DNA of 63,483 bases, the filler included. It is 5 parts of 5 records of this genome, joined end to end, with 100 filler letters (N's around TTAATTAATTAA, not from the genome) between each part and the next. Parts side by side here need not be neighbours in the genome. Positions count along the whole stretch, not along the records: positions 21,573 to 41,425 come from DRR723986_10806; 4 more parts are not named here. The stretch is one strand, 5' to 3'. Under the pieces are notes generated by a model that was not told where the DNA came from, did no database searches, and was given only the letters and a program-made list of their open reading frames with translations. Every line of letters starts with the position of its first letter. Within the stretch, counting starts at the first letter, position 1. The position numbers were made by a program, and so were the translations under genes. Of the stretch, positions 21,603 to 29,607 are shown one piece after another.

Positions 21603-22056
21603 ATCTGGATACAATGTCGTGGGTTTTGGAGAGCTCTTGAAGGTCGTTCGTGCCAGACAGCAGCGGATCATGGTAGAACTGCTCGTTCCCGATCTCCATC
21701 ATGTGCAAAATGACCTGGGCGTCCTTCGGGTCGTTCTTGTCCCAACTGTTATTGAGAGCTTCCCGGGTCCGCGCCAAAGCAACTGAAGAGACCAACCTCG
21801 TCTCAAAACCTGCGGCGCTCAGATGAAAAGCCAGGGCGCGGTGATAATTGCCGGTTGCCTCAAATGCCACACGGACCGGGCGGCCATAGTCTGACAGCGC
21901 TCCGATCAGCCGAGTGAAGTCATCAAGCCGGTTCAAAACCGTTAAACGGCGACGGCGCGTCTTGCCCGGCACAGCAATCAAAGCCTCATGTCGCGTCTTC
22001 GAGATATCGATCGCCACCAAAACGGGCTCGGTCTGTGGGATACTGGCATCGGTCAT
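21603..22056 (-). pseudogene. IS110-family transposase, N-terminal DEDD (RuvC-like) domain only
   Basis: LVAIDISK, VAFEATGNY and KNDPKDA motifs; interrupted after DIVSR. Confidence 0.88.
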
Positions 22057-22194
22057 AGTCGGTCTCCTCTGCAGTGTGATTTGTGCAAAACCACTTTAGA
22101 GACCTGAGGCACGGCTATGACCACCAGTGCGTGCTACTTGGGGGCTGCACAGGTGGTCATAGCCTCTCAATCAACGTCGTTCCGCAGGTGTTAC
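22057..22194 (-). ncRNA. structured non-coding end of IS110 (candidate bridge/seek RNA region)
   Basis: 13-bp perfect inverted repeat (22113-22125/22152-22164) and a second stem GGTCTC/GAGACC (22061-22066/22099-22104), upstream of the IS110 recombinase. Confidence 0.45.
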
Positions 22195-22537
22195 GGCAGC
22201 GAATTCATTTCCCTCGATCTTGACCTGTGGGCCTACGCAAATGACGTCACGCTCGACTTCTTACGGCCCGGAAAGTCGACTGATAATGGCTTCATCGAAG
22301 CCTTCAGTAGAAAGTTCCGGGCGGAACGTTTGAACGCCCATTGGTTCCTGACGCTTGCAGATGCCCGTAAAAAGATGGAGGGTTGGCGTAGACACTACAA
22401 TGAGGATCGTCCTCATTCGGTGATCGGGTACAACGTTCCGATCGGGCTATATAATCACGGTGGTATCCCAAGCCCGTCACCGTGAAAGAAGCCGGAAAAC
22501 TCCAACCTCCGGCGATCCAGACTTCGGGCTCGGTGCA
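22195..22537 (+). pseudogene. IS3-family OrfB (DDE integrase) C-terminal remnant with right end
   Basis: GSEFISLDLDLWAY...RPGKSTDNGFIEAF...WRRHYNEDRPHS; stop at 22485; IR-like end ...GGCTCGGTGCA. Confidence 0.85.
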
Positions 22538-22652
22538 TCATCCTAGGGACACCGCACTGAAACGGACAAAAATCGGGTCTCAGGTCACCGCTAACAATAG
22601 CGGCTAATATGGTCTAAAATATAACTGAGTTAAAGAAACTGGAGGAAATTTC

Positions 22653-23006
22653 TTGGTGGATCGGATTGACACCCTGGTAATGGCATTAGAAAATCGAATA
22701 ACGCCCCTTGAACGAGAGGTCGCAGCAAAGAAAAACGAGGATAATCAGAAGGAAGTCACAACAACTTATATTCAAGAAACACCACTACGTTTGTTCAGAT
22801 CATTCTTATTAACACTTTATGCCCATGACCCCGAACTTCCTATTCGTCGTTTCTTGAAACTTGCACGTAGTCAAGAACTGGAAGTGTTAGAGCGAGCGAA
22901 TTTGCCTCAGACAATCGTTGAACCTATACAGTTGAGAATCGAAGAACTAATGTTGTTAGCTCTCCCAACGGATGAAGAGCTCGACGGTTTCGACAAAATT
23001 ACTTAA
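22653..23006 (+). CDS. hypothetical protein
   Basis: GGAGG RBS; 117-aa ORF with helical character; no recognisable motif. Confidence 0.55.
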   Translation: MVDRIDTLVMALENRITPLEREVAAKKNEDNQKEVTTTYIQETPLRLFRSFLLTLYAHDPELPIRRFLKLARSQELEVLERANLPQTIVEPIQLRIEELMLLALPTDEELDGFDKIT

Positions 23007-23179
23007 GTCCTAAAATTCGAGATGCTTGAGATAGTTGAAGTGTCTCGAAGGGTTTAAGCAAAGCGCCAATTATTTTCTTTAATAAATGTTCTGAAAGATT
23101 GTACCGTTAGTCAAATTTAATCGCCGCTTACGTAAAATGTAATCTTCTAAACTTATATAGTAATGCCTCAAAGAGTATC

Positions 23180-23914
23180 CTATTTTAATAATATAACAGG
23201 CAACGAGAATACATATCCAGCTCCACGTACAGTTTTGATTATTTTTGGATTCATTGGCGTTGTTTCAAGTTTCTTGCGCAATCGAGCGATCAGAATATCG
23301 ATAGTACGATCCGTGTACTCCCAATTACGTCCTGTTGTGGCAATCATCAGATCCTCCCTGGAAAGCACTTTGCCAGATTGCTCTGCCAAATGTTTCAGCA
23401 ACGTACTTTCTGTAGAAGAAAGAACTACTTCTTTACCACCACCGGATGTTAGCCTGTACGTTTCTGGGTCGAACTGCCAAGTACCAAATGAAATTGCGCT
23501 GGCATTCTCGTTTTGTGGCAACGTCCGAGCTTCGGCAGTTCGCGATCTGGAACGACGTAAAACACTTCTCACCCGTGCGACTACACTTCTAGGTTCAAAG
23601 GGTTTGGTTACATAATCGTCTGCGCCAAGTTCAAGACCGAGAACTTCATCAACGGTTTCGCTCTTTCGCGATATCACTATTATCGGGATCTGACTGGTCA
23701 TGCGCAGTTCACGCATCACATCCAAACCATTGCCATCGGGTAAGGACACATCCAGCAAGACGAGATCTATGTGATCGTTGCTTAAGATGGATCTCATTTC
23801 CGCAACGGAGTGCGCACAAAAAACTTCAAATCCATCGCTCGCCAAATATAGCTCAAGCACCTTTGAGATGTCGGAGTCATCATCAACGACCAGCACTGTT
23901 TTGCCGTAGTTCAA
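23180..23914 (-). CDS. OmpR/PhoB-family response regulator
   Basis: REC domain (VVDDD, LLDVSLP, ADDYVTKPF) plus winged helix (DRTIDILIARLRKKL, IKTVRGAGY); likely TTG start at 23914 after GGAG. Confidence 0.95.
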   Translation of the reverse strand: MNYGKTVLVVDDDSDISKVLELYLASDGFEVFCAHSVAEMRSILSNDHIDLVLLDVSLPDGNGLDVMRELRMTSQIPIIVISRKSETVDEVLGLELGADDYVTKPFEPRSVVARVRSVLRRSRSRTAEARTLPQNENASAISFGTWQFDPETYRLTSGGGKEVVLSSTESTLLKHLAEQSGKVLSREDLMIATTGRNWEYTDRTIDILIARLRKKLETTPMNPKIIKTVRGAGYVFSLPVILLK

Positions 23915-24450
23915 CGCAGTCTCCCACAGGTCAGCTACAATTTTGCAACAAACCCAAAACGATTCGAAACTATCTTTAAGGCATGTTTTCAATCATTTTA
24001 AAGCTGAAGATTGAACGGATCAATCGCACGGGCCATGAATTCACACGAATAAGATACGGAGCTAAAAAAATGACAAATACTCTGTTGATTTGCTTGTGTG
24101 CTTTTTTTTGGTAGTTCATTCGTCTGATTTTCAACTTGCGACGAACGGAGCAACGAGAAAACCCAGAACACAAAAATGGAGGTAAACTCCTTAAGAAAAC
24201 CCCATCACCACGACCTGAACTAATCTAGACGCCTACTCTGAATGTTCAGACACGGTTTCATGTGAGGTCAAGTTCTAGACAATGCGGCGTTGATCATAAC
24301 AAGAACTGGCGATTGGAAGACATCAAGGTGCAGAAGACACCGTTGACCAGGTATACGTCAGCACCACATCGCAAGATGCGAAGTCAGTCATAGTCGATAG
24401 AGCATCGGAGCCCATCCTCCCCAAGTGCGGTGCCTTATCGCTATGACAAA

Positions 24451-24495
24451 GCTAAAAACCGACCCTGTTATGCGACAGGGTCGGCGATTTTTAGC
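24451..24495. terminator. bidirectional intrinsic terminator-like hairpin
   Basis: Stem CCGACCCTGT/ACAGGGTCGG flanked by an A5 tract and a T5 tract. Confidence 0.65.
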
Positions 24496-24664
24496 GCAAT
24501 CAATACAAATGTTTGATCGCTAATGTTTTTTTAGCATTGGCCTGTCGATCTTCGAAAGAGAAGTTGGCACTGCCGACGAAAGAACATCAGCCAGCCTGTT
24601 TCAACTGACAAATTAGTCAGGGACACAATCGAGAGGATAGTGACTTAAGTGTCATTAATTCCAG

Positions 24665-25006
24665 ATGGGCGAAGATAACACGAAACCACCACAGAAAATT
24701 GCGCAGAAATTTCAAGTTCTTCAGCTTGAATATTCTTGGCGCATAGAAAAACGGCTACAGGAGATTGAAAATTCCTGGCGATCCTATCGAGATCACTTTG
24801 ACCAAGAAAAACTAGCGACACTCGTAAACGAAGTCCATAGATTGGCAGGCTCTGCTCCCACTTATGGCTTCGAACTGCTTGGTAAATTGGCTGCAGAAGC
24901 GGAAGATTCTCTCGAGAAACTGCAAAACAGTCAATCGAATGATACTGAGGTTGAAGCTGTTATTTTACAACTCGTCGCATACAAATCCATCGCACCTGAG
25001 AAGTAA
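24665..25006 (+). CDS. stand-alone Hpt (histidine phosphotransfer) protein
   Basis: VHRLAGSAPTYGF motif in a 113-aa helical protein. Confidence 0.88.
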   Translation: MGEDNTKPPQKIAQKFQVLQLEYSWRIEKRLQEIENSWRSYRDHFDQEKLATLVNEVHRLAGSAPTYGFELLGKLAAEAEDSLEKLQNSQSNDTEVEAVILQLVAYKSIAPEK

Positions 25007-25020
25007 GAACGATTTCTGCT

Positions 25021-27066
25021 GTGAGAATAGCGAGTTTTACCATCTTCCGAGAAATGAGGAGTGCATTGTTAGCCATGCAACAGTTAGATGCTCCTGAAGG
25101 TAGGTCTTTCAATATCGCCTCTCAATTCGCAAAGCTTCCATTCGGCATTCAGTCGGTTCTCGTTGTACTAGTTTACTTTTTGCTTGCAGTCGGTGGTATT
25201 ATTCTCACGCGAGAAACAGGGAGGATTGCCTGGATATGGTTGCCTAATGCGGCGTTACTTGCAGTTGTTCTAGAGCTCGAACCTCCGCACCAGGCTAAAT
25301 TGATGGTCGCTGGCTTTGCTGGTAACCTTCTTGCCAATATCACAGTTGGTGATAGCCTTTCCAACGCAATTATCTTGTCTACCTTCAATACATTGGAAAT
25401 TTCAATTTGCATTTTGTGTCTACAAAAAGCTTGTCCGCATATTGATCTTGGGCGCCCCAAACATTTGTTGAATTTCGCGTTGATTGCCGGCGGTCTAGCG
25501 CCAGCTATCGTCGGTCTACTGGCATCTACATACCTAAACCGTCTATTTGAAGCACCGTTCTGGCCAGTCTTTATTAATTGGTACGGCGCAGACGCATTAG
25601 GCATGCTTTTGATCGCACCGTTCGTTCTTGCGAGAATACCCAATAATCAACGTACAACAGAGAAGGAAAGTCTCACTAAACCTGTAACGTTTGCGATCTT
25701 GTTGCTCTGTGGCCTAGTTACTTTTGCGGTATTTTACCAATCGTCATATCCGTTACTTTTCCTGGTGATGTTGCCGCTAGCGCTCGCTGCATTTACGACC
25801 GGTGTTATCGGAACAGCACTTGCCACCTCAGTAGTTGCGCTCATTGCAATTGGTTTTACCATCTATGGCACTGGACCTTTTGCACTTATGCAGAGCGAAC
25901 TCAATATCAAGGTTCTTGTTCTTCAGATTTTTCTAGTATCCTGCGTGCTCTTCGGCCTGAGTACTGCGGCTGTATTGACCCAGCAACGATTATTGAAGCT
26001 AAAACTCGTCACGCTGACGAAAGCCGCGCAGCAGGCAAACGAAGCTAAGAGTGAGTTTTTGGCGACTGTAAATCATGAACTACGCACACCGCTAACCTCG
26101 ATACATGGCGCTCTAGGGCTGCTCGGAGGCGGCGCTGGTGGTGAACTTCCCGCCAAGGCCCGGAAGTTGCTAGCTATAACCGAAAGTAACTGTGATCGGC
26201 TGATCCTGCTGGTGAACGATATTCTGGAAATGGAAAAAATTGAGTCCGGAAAATTTTCTCTTACCATTACAATGAAGTTATTGCGAAGTTCTCTGGAAGA
26301 GCTCATCTACACAAATCAAAGTTACCTCCCGCAAAAGCAGATCTCGATTGTCCTTATAGACAGAGCACCAAAAGCAACAGTTAAAGTAGATGAACCGAGG
26401 TTTCAGCAAGCTTTGGCCAACCTTGTTGCTAATGCAATCAAATTTTCACCCGAACAATCCATTGTTCAAGTGATTGCGAGATACAATGGGAATAAAGTTA
26501 GAATTAGTGTCATCGATGAAGGGCCTGGGATACCCGACCACTTTGTACACAAGGTTTTTCAAAAATTTGAACAGGCTGATAGCGGAAGTACGCGAACGAC
26601 CACCGGCACCGGGCTTGGTCTCAGCATTTCGAAAGCTCTAATCGAACTCATGGACGGAACGATCGATTTCCGGCCGAACAGCTCGGGAGGCACAGAATTC
26701 TTCATAGATATTCCAGTAGTCGAAGCCGAAGAAGTTCAGGAAAATTTGCCTAAGATGCTGATTTTCACATCAGATAAGGCAAATGCGTTAGAAGTTTCGT
26801 CCCTTGCGTTTCATGCAGACTGGTATGCTGATATCGTTTCTACGGTCCCTGGTCTCGAATGGTTGATCAAATCGACCTCGTACGATGCCATCGTTGTCGA
26901 CAACTTGCTCCTCAAAGATGGAACGACCGAGCAAGCATTACGCGTTGCCGTAACCGCAGCTGTCGGTGCAAAGGAACTCCCCATATTCTCCCAGGACGAA
27001 GTGGAAACTTTTCTTGAGGAAACTCCCCAGAAAAAGCTCGAAAGATTAAAAACACAACCAGCCTGA
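25021..27066 (+). CDS. MASE1-domain sensor histidine kinase with degenerate C-terminal receiver-like domain
   Basis: Multi-TM MASE1 region (IWLPNA, WYGADALG); H-box FLATVNHELRTPL; NLVANAIKFS, DEGPGI and GTGLGL boxes. Confidence 0.92.
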   Translation: MRIASFTIFREMRSALLAMQQLDAPEGRSFNIASQFAKLPFGIQSVLVVLVYFLLAVGGIILTRETGRIAWIWLPNAALLAVVLELEPPHQAKLMVAGFAGNLLANITVGDSLSNAIILSTFNTLEISICILCLQKACPHIDLGRPKHLLNFALIAGGLAPAIVGLLASTYLNRLFEAPFWPVFINWYGADALGMLLIAPFVLARIPNNQRTTEKESLTKPVTFAILLLCGLVTFAVFYQSSYPLLFLVMLPLALAAFTTGVIGTALATSVVALIAIGFTIYGTGPFALMQSELNIKVLVLQIFLVSCVLFGLSTAAVLTQQRLLKLKLVTLTKAAQQANEAKSEFLATVNHELRTPLTSIHGALGLLGGGAGGELPAKARKLLAITESNCDRLILLVNDILEMEKIESGKFSLTITMKLLRSSLEELIYTNQSYLPQKQISIVLIDRAPKATVKVDEPRFQQALANLVANAIKFSPEQSIVQVIARYNGNKVRISVIDEGPGIPDHFVHKVFQKFEQADSGSTRTTTGTGLGLSISKALIELMDGTIDFRPNSSGGTEFFIDIPVVEAEEVQENLPKMLIFTSDKANALEVSSLAFHADWYADIVSTVPGLEWLIKSTSYDAIVVDNLLLKDGTTEQALRVAVTAAVGAKELPIFSQDEVETFLEETPQKKLERLKTQPA

Positions 27067-27091
27067 ACTCAGAGCGTGAAGCAAACACAAG

Positions 27092-28240
27092 ATGAAGCAA
27101 CGGCCTAAACCACTTTCTACCGATTTTCTCGAGAAGGAACTTCTTGAGCGTATTGGAACCGACAGAGCTATATTTGATTTTTTTCGAGATAGTTCTCGAA
27201 GTGGTATCTTGTATAGTGACTTGGAAGGGCCCGGTAATGAATGGGTTAGCGACCAATTTTGGATAGCACTGGGTCTCGATCCATCCGCAAATAACCTATT
27301 CGCCGATACTTGGAGAAACTACCTTCTGCCGGAAGATCACGGCAAAGCACTAGCCTTTTTCCAAAGACCAGACGAAGATCCCCAAAACTGTTCAAGTCAA
27401 ACACTACGATTTCGCCACAGTCAAGGGTCAATTGTCACAATGCAGAGCCGGACTTTTATTGTCAGAAATAATGATGGCAAGCCTATTAGGATGCTTTCTG
27501 TCTTTACGAATATAAGCAAACTTAAACAAATTAAGGATAGCTTTCGCAGAGCCAATGAAGAGATACGAGACATTGCATACGCGGCTTCACACGATTTGAA
27601 AGCTCCACTCAAGAGCATTTCCGGACAACTGCAGCTACTTGAAAGTCTCTGTATGGATGCACTGCCACCTTTGACAAAAACGTTGATGGAAAACATACAA
27701 ACGTCGCTAGATCGGATGTCATCCACAATCGATGGTCTTCTCGACTATTCACAAACAGCGACACACGAAGTCAGCAAAAGGCAGTTTTTTCTTCGTGATC
27801 TTGTCACCGACATTCTCGAAGACCATCACGGAGACTTGAAAAGCATACCTGCCCTGGTCACAAGCGACTGCGATTGCTCAATCTATTCCAGTTCTGATCT
27901 TACCAGGCAAATTCTGAATAGCTTTGTCGACAACGCAATCAAGTACAGGCGCAGAGACGAGGGATTGACGCTAAAGATCCTGGGAAGGGAACGCGAAACC
28001 GGTTGGCTAATTAGTGTCGAAGACAATGGCATAGGCATCGAAGAACGATATCAGGATCGCGTTTTTGAACTGTTGCAACGACTACATACGCAAGAAGAGA
28101 TTTCTGGTGCCGGACTTGGCTTATGCATTGCCAGGAAATCAGCTGAGCACCTCGGTGGAAAGATTTGGTTTCACTCCGATCCAGGTATTGGCAGCACGTT
28201 CTATGTCTTCCTTCCCAAAGAGAGAGCGTATGTCGGGTAA
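27092..28240 (+). CDS. cytoplasmic PAS-domain histidine kinase (Cph1/bacteriophytochrome-like transmitter)
   Basis: PAS/PAC domain, H-box YAASHDLKAPL, DNAIKY, DNGIGI and GAGLGL boxes. Confidence 0.92.
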   Translation: MKQRPKPLSTDFLEKELLERIGTDRAIFDFFRDSSRSGILYSDLEGPGNEWVSDQFWIALGLDPSANNLFADTWRNYLLPEDHGKALAFFQRPDEDPQNCSSQTLRFRHSQGSIVTMQSRTFIVRNNDGKPIRMLSVFTNISKLKQIKDSFRRANEEIRDIAYAASHDLKAPLKSISGQLQLLESLCMDALPPLTKTLMENIQTSLDRMSSTIDGLLDYSQTATHEVSKRQFFLRDLVTDILEDHHGDLKSIPALVTSDCDCSIYSSSDLTRQILNSFVDNAIKYRRRDEGLTLKILGRERETGWLISVEDNGIGIEERYQDRVFELLQRLHTQEEISGAGLGLCIARKSAEHLGGKIWFHSDPGIGSTFYVFLPKERAYVG

Positions 28241-28670
28241 ACTACTGAACACGATCGTTCTCATTGACGATAGTGAAATCGACATTTTTACCAATCAACT
28301 CATGATCGAATGCAGCGGTTTTGCAGAACGTGTTGAGCTTTTCTCCTATGCTGGTGATGCTCTCAACTACTTAAATCAAGCCAATATAGGCGATATAGAT
28401 TTTATTTTCCTGGATTTGAGTATGCCAAAAATGAACGGGTTTGAGTTTTTGGTTCAATTTGAAAAATTTAGACAGTCTAAGCATTCAAAATCGGTCCTTG
28501 TCATGCTGACGTCTTCGACGGTAGCGAAGGACCGTGACACTCTGAACAATTTTTCCGGAACGAATGTTTTTCGGAACAAACCACTAAACATGAAAAAGCT
28601 GGAGCAATTGACGAAAGAGCATTTTGGCAACCGTATCAACTCAATGAACCGAAACCTTTTCAGAACCTAA
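28230..28670 (+). CDS. single-domain response regulator
   Basis: LIDDS, IFLDLSMPKMNGFEF, LTSS and NKPL motifs; ATG overlaps the end of the kinase gene. Confidence 0.9.
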   Translation: MSGKLLNTIVLIDDSEIDIFTNQLMIECSGFAERVELFSYAGDALNYLNQANIGDIDFIFLDLSMPKMNGFEFLVQFEKFRQSKHSKSVLVMLTSSTVAKDRDTLNNFSGTNVFRNKPLNMKKLEQLTKEHFGNRINSMNRNLFRT

Positions 28671-28682
28671 GGCACGCGTACC

Positions 28683-29144
28683 TTGCACGACGTTAATCCT
28701 GAAACATTCGAAGAGACACACGACGACTTTGGGAAATCTCAGACCACAGGTCTGACAGCAGTTATTATTGATGACTGCCGTCCTGATCTCAATTTGCAAC
28801 GCTTGGCCCTTCAGGCGAACGGAAGTTTTCAGCAAATAGTAGAGTTCAACAGTCCCTTGAAGGCGCTTAGCGCTTTTGTGTCTAGATCCGTTACAGCGGA
28901 CTTGATTCTGTTGGATTATCGCATGCCATGGATGATCGGTCCGGAATTCATTACCGAATATGAGCGCAACGTGAGCAATATCAAGCCGAGACCTCATATC
29001 GTGATGTTCTCAGCAATGCCGGCAATGGAACTTCGGAACCAAAAGAGTAAATCATGCTTACTTTTAGGGGTTTACCCAAAGCCGATTACGCTCAATGCTA
29101 TCGAGCTCATCGTGGAAAAACTGGGTATCCATTCGATTGATTAG
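28683..29144 (+). CDS. single-domain response regulator
   Basis: IIDDC, ILLDYRMP, MFSA and PKPI motifs. Confidence 0.85.
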   Translation: MHDVNPETFEETHDDFGKSQTTGLTAVIIDDCRPDLNLQRLALQANGSFQQIVEFNSPLKALSAFVSRSVTADLILLDYRMPWMIGPEFITEYERNVSNIKPRPHIVMFSAMPAMELRNQKSKSCLLLGVYPKPITLNAIELIVEKLGIHSID

Positions 29145-29212
29145 ATACCGTGAGATAAGCTCGAACTTCGCTCCCACGCAGCTTCAGTGTCGAATAGTGG
29201 ATTTTTCTAACC

Positions 29213-29581
29213 ATGATCAAAGCTCTTTACGTCGACGACGATACCGACATATCAACGATTGTCGAGATGTGCTTGGAAATGAACGAAAATTTTGAAGTCC
29301 TCTGCGTCAATTCCGGAAACCAAGCACTAGTAAAAAGCGAGGCTTGGCAACCAGACATAATTTTGTTGGATTATATGATGCCAGAAATGGACGGTCCTGA
29401 GACTTTTCTGCGGCTTAAGCAAAATCCTGCGACAAAAGATATTCCTGTGGTGTTCGTCACCGCGAAAACAATGCAAGAGGATGTTTCAAAACTTCTCGAG
29501 CTTGGAGCAAAAGGAGTGATTTCCAAACCTTTCGATCCACTCAGTCTTGCTACAGAAATTCAGGCGTTCTTGCGTGAATAA
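29213..29581 (+). CDS. single-domain (CheY-like) response regulator
   Basis: YVDDD, LLDYMMPEMDG, FVTAK and SKPF motifs. Confidence 0.93.
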   Translation: MIKALYVDDDTDISTIVEMCLEMNENFEVLCVNSGNQALVKSEAWQPDIILLDYMMPEMDGPETFLRLKQNPATKDIPVVFVTAKTMQEDVSKLLELGAKGVISKPFDPLSLATEIQAFLRE

Positions 29582-29607
29582 TTTAGGCCAGGTGAGTGGC
29601 TGCGGAA

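Noticed and set aside
22117-22485. 122-aa ORF as an intact gene
   Set aside because: Chimeric: the first 26 codons come from the IS110 non-coding end and the rest is an IS3 orfB remnant
24645-24658. TTAA-N6-TTAA upstream of the first Hpt gene as a CtrA box
   Set aside because: The spacer is 6 nt, not the canonical 7, and the context is AT-rich
27092-28240. Bacteriophytochrome call
   Set aside because: The transmitter is similar, but the protein is too short and lacks the PAS-GAF-PHY photosensory core
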